From Felis catus (lineage: Eukaryota), in assembly GCF_018350175.1 (NCBI RefSeq), contig NC_058368.1, positions 96,908,001 to 96,972,000 of the forward strand: a stretch of 64,000 nucleotides of DNA, read 5' to 3'. The notes under the pieces are model-generated. The model was given only the letters and a program-made list of their open reading frames with translations. It made no database searches and was not told where the DNA came from. The translations under genes were made by a program, and so were the position numbers. Positions 1 to 12,165 of the stretch are shown here, one piece after another; the first letter of the stretch is position 1; each line of letters starts with the position of its first letter.

Positions 1-1626
1 CATGTTTATACCCTGTGCTTAAAAAAAAAAAAAATCCCAGAGCTTTGCACATGCTCTCTAATGGACTAGCATACATTACGATTTCAGCTATGTTTGGATC
101 TTGAAGTATTGCACAAATTCAAGAATTCAAGGTTTTATTCCTCCTCTCCCCCCGCCTTTTTTTTCTCTTTTTTTAGCAACTGATATGTGACAAATGATGA
201 AATTTTCAGCATGAAATTTGCTATTGGGGCTTCCATATTTCTTTATGATTTGTTATCAGGCTTTGCCATCCTTCAAGCCATAAATAAAAATGCAACTTTC
301 ATCTGCATTTCAAACTAAGGTGAAAGTACAAAAATTAAACATTTTCATTTTTTTCTGAGTATCATTCACTCTCTGTGTGCTCCAAAAACAGCAAGACATA
401 CTTCCCACTGCCTTTCTTCCAGAATGATTTCTTGGAAAGGCCATAAGAATAACTTATTATTAGCACATCCACAATTTACAGCTCTACCTACCTATTCAGC
501 ATTGAAATAGAGTTCACGTTCAGCTTGAAAAAGCAGGACAAAAGAGTGTTCTAACTGTGTCAGCTACAATCAAACAAGTAAAATAAAATACACCCACCCC
601 CTCTCAACATATATGGAAAACAACATCTTAATTTCCATTAGAATCTGGTGACTCCAATGATTGAAAAATAAGGATTCAGTAAGAACAAAATCACATAAAT
701 ATCTATTTAATATGCCACGGCTTATCCAAAGGGAAAATGGACCAAAGGAAAAACACTTTTAAAAATTAATGAAAACCTAAACTGTTTCCACATAAGAAAG
801 CATATCTTCCTGGCCTGAACATGGCTACCATACTGTGTGTATCTATCTGTGTACTGTGTGCTATGTGTTTGTGGATGTGGATGGGATCATCTGTGAGATT
901 TTCTTCGTTGGAATTTAATTTTAGAAAAAGCAATCAGATCCTGCTGGGTAGCTAAATGAATCAACCTGTCTAAACTTTTTTTTTTTTTTTTAACAAGAAC
1001 TCTATCTGCATTCCTGCATCTTGAAACTATTGCAGAAACACACACCAAAAAAAATTTAAATTATTCCCTGGTAGACTATAAAGGTTGCTGTTAATAATGC
1101 TCATCTGAACTTAAGGCTTCAAGCAGTGCACGCCTGTCAGAGAAAGGAAAAAGAAGGGGGAAGCGAGAATTCGATCAGCACGAGGAAGTGCACTTTCAGC
1201 TTCAACAGGTACAAACTGCAGATGGGAAAAAGATCGTTAGCAAAATAAATTATGTCGTGCCCTCCTGTAATTTTTCACAATCTGTGTGGCAAAGATTTGA
1301 CTGCTGACACTGTCAACATACTCCCCGCATCTGTAGTCATTCACTGTGACCTGGTGGGTAGAGCAGCCTTTCCAAATAACCAAACACCAGATCCTGCATA
1401 ATGCAAAACGCCTTCTGCTATCCCCAGTGTACAATGGAATTAGAAAAACGGAATTGGTCCAACTGCTGCATTTATTTAACAAGGTAGTTATACAGAGAGC
1501 AAGCGTTTAGGAAGTCTTTCTTATTTTCAAAGTTCTGGCTCAGTTTACACCAAAACAAACTCTCCACAGCTCCTCCGGGAAAACATTCCACAAATGATAT
1601 TCCTCCCTGAACCCCCCCCAAGCACG

Positions 1627-1629
<3 letters not shown>

Positions 1630-1665
<36 letters not shown>
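1630..1665. repeat. (CA)n microsatellite
   Basis: About 18 perfect CA units. Confidence 0.95.
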
Positions 1666-1667
<2 letters not shown>

Positions 1668-3241
1668 CATCCCTACCCCTCCTTTTCTCCACAAATGAAA
1701 CAGTCTAAGCAGCTTGGTGTTTTCCTTCTTATTCAAAGTAACAACCAGACGAGCAAGGCCATTTTCTGGGGAAAAATAGAGCCAAGGTACAAGCATTTGG
1801 GAACAGCCTGCAACCCCAAAGAGGCATAGTCTATAAAAAAATATATGTGTTTTGAACCCTGCCTATCTATGAGTAGATCATTCTGAGTAATATTGCCCTT
1901 TGGAGCTCTAGAGACAGAACCACAAATATCACGCTTAGAAGACAGAATCTCTAGACTCAAACTGAAAAATGGTGTTTATGAGTATGTCTATTGCCAGAAA
2001 GATGCGCAGGCCCAGCACAGTCCCCAGGGAATGAAGCAAAACAACAACAACAAAATCAAATACAAGGATCTGAAGTGAATGTCATTCATTAACTCTCGTG
2101 ATGATCGGGAGAAGCCCTTTGAGTAACAGGTTGTCGCTAAAGCGCAGTTGGAGGATGCTTTCCAAAGCATTCAGGTGCCCCCTCTTGTTGGTAAATGACG
2201 AAGCAAATCAGGGTTAGAGTTAAGTTTCTGCAAGATTAAATATGAAGAGAATGGCAAACCCACAAGAAGAAGCCTAGTCTCCAGTTGTGAGACCAGTATC
2301 CAGTTGCGAATGTCCCGTCCTTCATGGCGCTCAAATTCAGAACCACAAGAGAGCTGAGCGGGTTAGATTCACTTTGACCTTCCTAAGGACGGTGTGACCA
2401 AAAATTGGAAAATTCGCGATGGAACTAGCACTGTGCTTTGTACAAAATAATGATTCAAATAAATATGGTAAGGATGATGATTCTGGCCAAATATATACTG
2501 CCTTAAAGAAGGAGAGATTCAAAACCGTTTGAACGGTGGGACATTTCTAACCAAAAACAAGACTGACAGAATACTGACCATGAAATAGATTCTTTCTCTC
2601 AGCCACTCAAACCTACCTTCAAATGTGAGGCAATGAAATGGGAACATTACTCACCCGGGTGTCCAGCACAAAGTAACGCTATGAACAGAAGGACTCTGAG
2701 AGTAGCTGAAGTCAGAGGGTTCTCTGTTTGCCATTACCTCAGCTGATTTGAACAAAAGTGCGTTGTCTTAAAGCGTCCGGTCTCCGGGGAGTGACTGGAT
2801 TGTACCTTACTTTCTTATTCATTTAACCAGTCACATATGAGAACCCTAGAAAAACAGTGACGTCCCCTCTGCTACACTACATCAAGCAGCCACATGTTGT
2901 CCCAGTGTAGACAGACTGTCACATCCACTGCAAGAGCTGTCATAGGATGGAAAAGTTATCTGAGTATCTGACAGCAAGACAGCACTTTTGGGGAGAAGAG
3001 CACAGGGTCAAAGCCCCTGCCTAGAGTTCAAACATTTTACTGTTAGAATAACAATTCTGACTGAACTGTCAGTATTCTGAATATATTGTCCTTACCTCCA
3101 GTTTTTTCAGTAAGTGGCAAGTCATTTCTGGAGCTGACACAGAGACCCAGTTTTCTAAGAAGTTTCTTCTTCCATCAACAATCTTTTCTTTTTCAGAAAA
3201 GAGTTACAGATAACTGAAATATCTGCATCAATAATATTCTT

Positions 3242-3449
3242 TCTTTTTAATTTTTAAATGTTTATTTAATTTTGAGAGCGAGAGAGAGAACACGAGCAAG
3301 GGAGGGGGATAGAGAGAGGGAGACAGAAAATCCAAACAGAATCTGCACTGTCAGCACAGAGCCTGACACGAGGCTTGAACCCACAAACCTTAAGATCATG
3401 ACCTGAGACAAAGTTGGACGCTTACCTGACTGAGCCACCCAGGTGTCCT
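3242..3449 (-). mobile_element. Can-SINE (feline SINEC)
   Basis: Reverse SINEC head and (CT)n/A tail; TSD ATCAATAATATTCTT/ATCAACAGTATTCTT. Confidence 0.92.
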
Positions 3450-3549
3450 TGAATCAACAGTATTCTTAATGATAAGTTTATAAGGAAGGAGAAAAAAAAA
3501 ACCCACCTGGTAACCTAATTTCCAGATTTAATTAAGAATTCTGAGGTTT

Positions 3550-3764
3550 GGGGGTGCCTGGGTGGTTCAGGTGATTAAGCATCTGACTTGGGCTCAGGTC
3601 ATGATCTCATGATTCCTGAGTTCGAGCCCAGCATCGGGCTCTGTGCTGACAGCTCAGAGCCTGGAGCCTGCTTCCGATTCTGTGTCTCCCTCTGTGTCTG
3701 CCACTCCCCCTCTTGAACTCTCCCTCTCTCCAAAAATAAACAATGTTAAAAAAAAATTTTTTTA
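3550..3764 (+). mobile_element. Can-SINE
   Basis: GGGGTGCCTGGGTGGTTCAG head; TSD AAGAATTCTGAGGTTT/AAGAATACTGAGGTTT. Confidence 0.93.
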
Positions 3765-4331
3765 AAGAATACTGAGGTTTGAATGCCCATGTCTGGATCA
3801 AAGCTCAAATAAATACCATTGTGGTTTAGCCACAGAAGAATGGACACTTTATAAATTGCAAAAAGATATAAATGAAATGAAATCCACCAAATGAAATTAC
3901 ACCTCTTTTATGTCAAGACAGTTTTAGTTTATCTTTTTTTGTTTTTTCAACAGCTTAGGCCAAAGCTAGAGAAACTGAAATATAAAGCTTGGAAACATTA
4001 TAAGGAAAGTATCTGATGTAAACCAAAGAAGAAATAGAGAAAGTGAATAAAATTAAATAGACTGCACCTTGCAAATGATATACAAAATACATAAAGGGGT
4101 TGATATCCAAAATACATAAAGAACTCCTATAACTCAGTATCAAAAAAGCAAGTAGTTTGATTAAAAAATGGGCAGAGAACCTGAAGAGACATTGCTCAAA
4201 AGAAGACCTACAAATGGGCCATGGTACATGAAAAAATGCTCGACATCACTAATTACCACAGAAATGCAATCAAAACCATAATGAGATGTTACCTCACACC
4301 TGGCAGAATGGCTAGTATCAAAAAGACAAGA

Positions 4332-4535
4332 GGGGCAGTGGGGTGGCTCAGTTAGTTAAACATCTGACTCTAGATTTCAGCTCGGGTCATGATCTCATGG
4401 TTCCTCAGTTTGAGCCCCACATTAGACTGTTGCTGACAGCACAGAGCCTGCTTGGGATTCCCTGTCTCCTTTCTCTCTCTGCCCCTCCCTCACTCACACT
4501 CCCTGTCTCTCAAAAATAAATAAATAAACATGAAA
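4332..4535 (+). mobile_element. Can-SINE inside L1
   Basis: SINEC head, B box, CT tract and AATAAA tail. Confidence 0.9.
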
Positions 4536-4784
4536 AAAGATAAATAAGTATTGGCAAGGATGTGAAGAAAAGGGAGCTCTCATGTGTTGTTGTTTTGGGG
4601 AATACAACTGGTACAGTCATTATGGAAATCAGTATGGAGATTCATCAAAAAACTACAAATAGAATTAACGTATAATCAAGAAATTCCACTTCTGAGTATT
4701 TAGTAAAAAAAATGGAAATATTAATTCAAAAAGATATATGCACCCTTAGTTTCACTATAGCATTATAATAGCGAAGACATACCA

Positions 4785-4990
4785 GGGCCTGGGTGGCTCA
4801 GCCGGGTAAGCGTCCAACTTCAGCTCAGGTCGTGATCTTGCAGTATATGCCCTGCATTGGGCTCCGGGCTGATAGCTCAGAGCTGGAGCCTTCTTTGGAT
4901 TCTGTCTCTTCCCCTCTCACACTCTGTCTGTGTGTCTGTCTGTCTCTCTCTCTCAAAAATAAATAACCATTAAAAATTTGTTTTAAAAAA
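4785..4990 (+). mobile_element. Can-SINE inside L1
   Basis: TSD ATAATAGCGAAGA/ATAATAGCCAAGA. Confidence 0.9.
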
Positions 4991-5712
4991 TAATAGCCAA
5001 GATGTAGAAGCAACTAAATATCCATCGGTAGATGAATGGATAAAGAAAATGTGGTATATACACATACACAATGAAATATTACTCAGACATGAAAAGGAAT
5101 GACACCTTGTCATTTGCAACATCATGGATGGAACTTGAGGGTATTATGCGAAGTGAAATAAGGCATACAGAGATAGACAAATATCATATGATTTCACTAT
5201 ATGTGGTATCTAAAAAACAGAACAAACAGATAAAGAAAACAACTGAAAGAGACTCAAAGACACAGAGAACAATCTGGTGAGTGCCAGAGGGGAGGAAGGG
5301 AAAGGGGGATGGATGAAATAGGGTAAGAGAATTAAAAGGTACATATTTCCACTTAAAAGATTAATAAGAAAAAAGAATGCATTGTACATCACAGGGAATA
5401 TAGTTCACGATAGGTAAAGACTTTGTGTGCTGACAGATGGCGGCTAGATTTATTGTGGTAATCACTTCCTAATGTATATAAATGCTGAATCACTGTGGTG
5501 CGCACTTAAAATTAATATAATATTGTACATGAAGTACACTTTAATAAAAAAAATAGACTTCACCGTTTCTTACTCCTGATGAAGGCACTTGCACTCTCAT
5601 TAGTGTTTAAGAGAGGAAGTGTATATTTATCATGCACTTAATAATGTTATTGTTCACATAAATTAGCATGGGATTGTTATATAATTTAGGGTTCATACAA
5701 AGATCCATTGCT

Positions 5713-5872
5713 GGGACACCTGGGTGGCTCAGTCGGTTAAGCGTCCAGCTTCAGCTCAGGTCATGATCTTGCAGTTAGTGAGTTTGAGCTCCACATCTGG
5801 CTCAATGCTGATGGGGCGGAGCCTGCTTGAGAATCTCCCTCTCTTCTCTGTCTCCCTGCCCCTCCCTGATCA

Positions 5873-5922
<50 letters not shown>

Positions 5923-5957
5923 ATAAATAAACAAAAACTTTAAAATAAAAAATAAAC
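5713..5957 (+). mobile_element. Can-SINE with a long (CT)n tract
   Basis: GGGACACCTGGGTGGCTCAGTCGGTTAAGCGTCC head. Confidence 0.92.
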
Positions 5958-6750
5958 ACAAACACCCGTTGCCATAAAAGCAGCCAATGCTAATCACAGC
6001 AAATACAATTATAAGCCCAGTCAACATTTTTCCATTAGGATTTTCTCAAATAATTTTTTTTAATCTAACATCCTAAATAGGATCTGGACACTTGGGTTTT
6101 GTTTGTTTGTTTGTTTTGGTTTTTGGCCTTTGTTGTGATAGGATTATATAGCATTTTGATCTGTGTAACAACATTTTGATATCTACAAGGTCCAAAACAT
6201 TGTGCTAAGTATCAGGGGTGAGTTAGGGAGTGGATTATGTCTTTCAGCAATGTGCGATAGCTGTGGCAGATCTACTTGAATGGGCTGAGAAGGGACACAA
6301 GGTGGGACAGGAAGGAAGTGAGATAACAAGAGGAAGGAAGTGTACTGAATGCAGAATTTGCTGGTAGCAACAGAGCATCTGAGCTGCTTTCAGAACCTGT
6401 GTGACACTGCTGCCCCAGTCTGAGACCTTCTATATTGACTGGGTGGAGTAGCCGTGCTGTAGGGATAAGCCCTACTGGATACCCCTCTGGCCTGCTACCT
6501 GTCTCCAGGACAGATCTGGAATGGGGGGAGTAGGGATTTGATTGTCTTTCCTCATGCACCTTAAGCAGATGGAAATGGATTAAACACAATCTTTGCATAG
6601 CCCTTCTTTATGTATTTATTTATCCGTGTATTTCCATGATGGCTTTAAGTCCCACTTTGGGACCCATGTGAGTTTTAGAAACGATAAAATTAGAGGCCCT
6701 GAGAGGAAAATCAGTGTCCAACAGGAACAATGATAGTACCAACCAGAACT

Positions 6751-6937
6751 AAGAGTTGTCAAATTCAGTAAATAAAAAATACAGGATGCCCTGTTACACA
6801 ATAAATGATAACTTAAAAAAAAAATTTTAGTATAAATATGTCCCATGCAATATTTGGTAAATACTTACATTAAAAAAATTCACTGTTCATCTGAAATTCA
6901 AATAAAACTAGGTGTCCTCTATTTATCTGGCAACCTA
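6751..6937. mobile_element. MER53-like palindromic hAT MITE
   Basis: GAGTTGTCAAATT...AAATACAGGATGCCC...TAGTATAAATATGTCCCATGCAATATTTGG...CTGAAATTCAAAT...ATCTGGCAACC. Confidence 0.8.
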
Positions 6938-8166
6938 GTTCAGGGTTTCAGAAAGCATAAAAGAGCAACACATTATTTATCCCTCGCTGTTTCCCAGTGT
7001 TTTTATATATGAAGCATGAAAGAATTGCCTTCTTTATATTCACCAACCTAATTATGTCAAGCATAGAATGATCCAAGAATATCCAAAGCACGAAAGAGAA
7101 GTAGAAATTTAGACAAAGTTAAACATTTTTCCATTCCTAAACATTGTTCTCATGTAACTAAAAATAGGATTCTTACCACAGTTCAAAATCAATATTGAAA
7201 AAAAAAAAATAGCCTACCATTCTCATAAACATACCTTTAGGATTTGGCTTTGAGATTCCGAATCTGCTCAAATTTAAGTTAAGTGATTCTTGAAACTGTT
7301 TACTAAATTTGAAACACACACATATATGAAATACATGGCCTATACAACAAAAATTAATCAAGAGATAATTAATTAATTAATTGATAACTGAAAAAATTAA
7401 TTCCAAGGCCTATACAACAAAAATTAATCAAGAGATACTTACTTTCATTACCCTTAAAGTCAAATCCAATCAATCATTAGTTCTAAGACTTGTACCCCCA
7501 AAGTCACCTTGGGGAAATTATAGAGATGAATAAATATAGATACTCTTGATATTATGTCCAAAGAGCTAAGACCCCAATAGCCAAACTGAAGCCCTTTCCA
7601 TTTAGAGGAAGAAGAAAAAAGTTTAAAAAAAAAATCTAAGAAATGAAAAACAACATTTCTGCATGAAGTAAAAATGTCATGAAAAAAAAATCCCCAATCT
7701 TATATCCACAACATGCAAGACCAAGAGACTCTTTTTACAGATAATATCTACTCTCTAAGCAAAGTAGCCCACACCTTGCCTGATTTACTACCTAAAACAA
7801 AACTAAAAAGGGACAAATGGCACAATCTAGATCTCCAAATGTCAGAATGACAGATGTTATTTCTCTATTTCAGAGGACAAATCATCGATGCAGAGAATAA
7901 CAAAATTTCAAAGGCATCCTAGCATGGTATCCTGGAAGAAAAATAAAGTGAAACAGTAAATCCTATCTTGAATAAGAACCTGTATCACACCATCAACATG
8001 AGATACAAAGTGAAGCCATTGGGACATCCAAACAGAAAATGGAGAAGAGAATTTTCCCACATGGCAAGCAACTGAAACATGGAGCTCCCACCCTGTAGGT
8101 GAAAGGCAAGTTGGAGGGGAAGAGTTTTAGCCAAGATGTGGAATTTTCTACAATAAGGCCATTATT

Positions 8167-8348
8167 GGGGTGACTGGGTGGCTCAGTCGGTTAAGCGTCA
8201 GCTCAGGTCATGATCTCATGGCTCACGGGTTCGAGCCCCGCATCAGGCTCTCTGCTCTCAGCACAGAGCCAGTTTCAGATCTTCTGTCTCCCTCTCTCTC
8301 CGCCCTTCTCCCACTTGCACTTGCCCTCTCACTCTCAAAAATAAATAA

Positions 8349-8379
<31 letters not shown>

Positions 8380-8385
8380 ACAGAA
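8167..8385 (+). mobile_element. Can-SINE with a (TAA)n tail
   Basis: SINEC head; TSD-like AAGGCCATTATT/AAGGTCATTTATT. Confidence 0.92.
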
Positions 8386-8424
8386 AAAGGTCATTTATTT
8401 TCCAAAATGAAGACATCATTTCCT

Positions 8425-8605
8425 ACTTACGTGATTCTAACCTAGGGCAAACTATTTAACTTCCCTTTACTTCAGTTGCTTAATCCATCATTGAGGATGA
8501 TAATAATAGTATTTGTTTCATGATCAAGTTGTTATGAGTATTAAATGAATAAGTATGTCTAAGGTACTTAGCATCTGACACATAGAACATACTAAAAAGT
8601 GTTTG
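8425..8605 (+). mobile_element. MIR relic
   Basis: GGGCAAACTATTTAACTTCCCTTTACTTCAGTT...GATAATAATAGTA...GTTGTTATGAGTATTAAATGA. Confidence 0.7.
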
Positions 8606-10489
8606 CCCTTTTGAAAAGTCTTGGGCATAGGAATCCCAGGAAGTGTGGTTATTCACAATGAAGAGAAACACTCCTCATATGAGCAAACCATGTGGTACGA
8701 CACTCTACACAGCATTAACACACATATCATATCTCTGCCCCTCTCCTGCTCACTCTACATATGTGTGCATATGTATATGACACATACATAATGTACATAT
8801 AGTAACTGACCTCTTTGATTAAGAATCATTTAATCCTTCTGACCTCCCCTTTAATCTTTCTGACCATCTTATTGGTAAGCAAAGTGGTCTTCCCAAGACC
8901 ATGTCGCCATTGCATGTCACTTGTAGACAGCAGCAGGAGCTAGGTGGTTTTCTTAAAAAAAAAAAAAAAAAAAAAAAGCTTTTCTTTGTCTTTGAGTTCG
9001 CTTTTAATGCGGTGCCTTATCCAGGTTCCAAATGCTTGCTTGACCCACTTTTTTTCTCCTCCTCACTTCTCAAAGGCACTGCAGGAAACAGGCAGGATAA
9101 GGGGGAAAAAAAACAACCTATAAATTCGAACATGCCAAGTTCAGCATCTGACTTTGGCAGTCACAAGACCGTAACCGAACTGTGTGGGCAAATTTCTACA
9201 TTACTTTAAGCAACAAAAATAGTTCCATCTTCTTCTCTGTCAGTCATTTTTCCACTTCAGCATAATTACAAGGTTCTCTCCTAAGGATATCAGTTTTTAA
9301 AATAATTTATGCAACTGTGTACGGCTCAACTATGAGTTTAAATGAAAGTTTTGATAAATGCAAGTAATGGATGTTAATTTACATATTCCCCAGCAATTAT
9401 CTTTGGTATAAATGGTCTGAAGTTCTCTGCTACATCTTAAATAACCGGAGACGACAGTGTCCACACGGAACTGGTTAAAAGGTCACTTCAGGACAGTGAC
9501 AAAAATCGAGGTAGAGCCCAAGAAAAGCGTCACCAAAGGCCCAGGCAATCCAAAGTATTCCATTATGATGAGCAAATGTGCAAAAGGCCTGGGAAACTCA
9601 TTTTCATAAAAATGATGTAAGGAACTATTCCTTATTTATAAATTTTAATGAATCCCTAATATGTGCCAGGCACTGTACAGAAGTATTGCAGACTCTGTGG
9701 GGAGAAAGCAAAGAGCTGGGTGTGTTCCACCCGAGGGTACAGTAATGGCATCACATCTAGTCTGGAGAGGCAAGGAGTGTGCTGTACAAGGGAGGGTTGT
9801 GCCGAGCTATGAAAGGAGATTTTGCAAAAGCTGGAAGGAGCAATATTTAAAGAACATGTGGCAAAAGGGATGGAAAGTAGCTGGGGAAGGAAGGACCAAG
9901 TGTCAACCTAAGGCTAGGTGAGCTGGACAGATGGCAGGGATAAGAGCAGTCATGGCCCATGAAGTCCAAATAATGAATTTTATTCCAAGAGCACTGGGAA
10001 GTTTAAATCAAGAGCGGGGGGTGGGGGGAGGTTACACTGGCAGCCTTTGGAAAGTTTGTTTTAGTGTAGACAGACTGAATAGGTTATGGCAGTAGCATGA
10101 GAGACAATGAGAACTTGAGACCGAATGGATGAGATGGAGAGAATAGGTTATATATGAGAGGTAAAGTGACAGGACTGGATGATGGATTCGATGGGGATAT
10201 ATTTGATGATGTGTATCTCACACTAAAAACAGTACCTGGTACATAATAGCACTTAATATTTGTGGAAGAAATGTTGAATGAGCATATACAAGGATAAGGG
10301 AAATGAGGTGTCAAGGATGATTCCTGAGATTCTAGAGGGCATATCTTTGATGAATGGGGATGCCATGTGGAGACGGAAAACCTGGGAAGGCCAGGCTTCA
10401 GTTAAAGTTCATAGGTTTAGTTTTAATCACACTGATTCTGAGATGTCTATAACTTACGCAAGAAAGTGGTCCAGAAAGCAGAGAGATCT

Positions 10490-10700
10490 GGCCCCTGGGT
10501 GGCTCAGTCATTAAGAGTCTGCCTGGCTCAGATCATGACCTTGTGGTTCATGAGTTCAACCCTTGAGTCGGGCTCTGTGCTGACAGCTCAGAGCCTGGAG
10601 CCTGCTTTGGATTCTGTGTCTTCCTCTCTCTCTGCCCCTCTCCTGCTCACTCTCTGTCTCTGTCTCTCAAAAATAAATAAACATTTTTTTTTTAATTTTA
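10490..10700 (+). mobile_element. Can-SINE
   Basis: TSD AGAAAGCAGAGAGA on both sides. Confidence 0.92.
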
Positions 10701-10967
10701 AAGAAAGCAGAGAGAGTGGATAATCTCGGAAGCAGGAGAGGAGCTTTGGCCTACAGATTAACTTTCTAAGTCACTTATTTATAGGAAGTGATGGAAGCCT
10801 TAAGTATAAATGCTTTTACCCAGGGAGACTAGAGCAGCCACAGAAGAATGTCACGAAGAAGCTGATAGGCAGGTTCAAAGAATATGATGGAAAGCAAGCT
10901 AAGAGACTATTTCAAGAGGAAGACAGTGACCGACAATGTTGAATGCAATTCAAAAGTCCCACATCTT

Positions 10968-11166
10968 GGGGCGCCTGAGTGGCTCAGTTAGTTAAGCCTC
11001 TAACTCTTGATTTCAGTTCAGATCATGATCTCGTGGTTTGTGAGTTCGAGCCCTGTGGCAGCATGGAAGCTGCTTGGGATTCCTTCTCTCCCTTTCTCTC
11101 TGCCCCTCTCCTGCGCTCACTCTCTCTCTCTGTTTCTCTCAAAATAAATACATGAATTTTTTTTTT
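10968..11166 (+). mobile_element. Can-SINE
   Basis: TSD AAAGTCCCACATCTT/AAAGTCCTACATCTT. Confidence 0.92.
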
Positions 11167-11937
11167 AAAGTCCTACATCTTAAAACCAAAGCACATTCTT
11201 TGGGTTTAGCAATAGACAACTCCTTAGCGAGTTCAGAAAGAGGTGTTTCAGCAGAGTAATGGACCAGAAGCCACATTAAATTGGGCAACTGGGTGACTGT
11301 CGAGTGAGGAAATGGAAGCATAGTATATAGCTAATGGGAGAGGAAAAAACAGTATGGTGGCTGGACAGGAATGAGGGCACATTCAGATGACCAGGATATA
11401 GAAGAAAAGAAAAGAATTCAGCTAACCAGAAGAGGCTGCCCATAAAATAGAGAGATAATGAAACGTGAAAGCTTCCTAAGCAAAGTCAACTCTGTGTCAT
11501 GGCAGTGTTACAAATGCTCTCAGCAGGAGTTTTTAGAAGATTTGGAATATCAGGCTCGGGGGGGCAAGGACAGAATGACCAAAACAAGCACCTAGAAAAT
11601 GGCCAAAGGCAACCTATCCCGAGAAAAACTTGCATCAGATTACATACTTCATAACATCTAAGGAGAAAAACATCCGTTGAAATTCCCTAAAATTGTTCTA
11701 TTAAGGGGGGAAAATACTTAAACTTATAGACCATTTCCATATGCTTTTTATATGGATGGAGACGAACAAGGGGTAAGAATAACTACAAAAAATTAAACGC
11801 ACAGATAATAAGTCCAACACTGCAAATAGAGGAAGAAATCAAGTGAGTGGGAGTTGGGGGATACAGGGCTTTGAATAAATTATTTGATCTGGTGCCCTTT
11901 GCCATCCATTCTATGTCCCATTAAAATACATGTTTTA

Positions 11938-12165
11938 GGGGCATCTGGGTGGCTCAGTCGGTTGGGTGTCAGACTTCGGCTCAGGTCACGACCTCACAGT
12001 TTGTGAGTTCGAGCCCTGAGTCTGGCTTTGTGCTGACAGCTAGGAGCCTGGGGCCTGCTTCGGATTCTGTGTCACCCCCTCTCTCTGCCCCTCCCCTGCT
12101 CATGCTCTGTCTCTATCTCTAAATAATGAATAAACGTTTACAAATTTTTTTAAATAAATAAATCA
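11938..12165 (+). mobile_element. Can-SINE
   Basis: TSD AAATACATGTTTTA. Confidence 0.93.

Larger units (their letters stand above)
4071..5550 (+). mobile_element. 5'-truncated older carnivore L1 (ORF2 3' end and 3'UTR), interrupted by two SINEs
   Basis: ORF fragment SFATSWMELEGIMRSEIRHTEIDKYHMISL. TSD AAATAGACTGCACCTT (4055-4070) / AAATAGACTTCACCGT (5551-5566). Confidence 0.9.
9630..11400 (-). mobile_element. L2 relic (fragmented, with two SINEs and a plus-strand L2 end at ~10200-10285 inserted)
   Basis: ATGTGCCAGGCACTGT (reverse of the L2 3' end) followed by purine-rich L2-like sequence. Confidence 0.65.

Noticed and set aside
1237..1482. 81-aa minus-strand ORF in the unique left block
   Set aside because: No recognisable homology and no flanking splice signals supporting a coding exon.
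2175..2188. CTCF-like motif GTGCCCCCTCTTGT
   Set aside because: Only about 11/14 match to the core; this is expected by chance.
7337..7437. Repeat-spacer-repeat with CRISPR-like dimensions (31/39/31 bp)
   Set aside because: Only two repeats, a low-complexity spacer partly copied from the repeat, a mammalian context and no cas genes.
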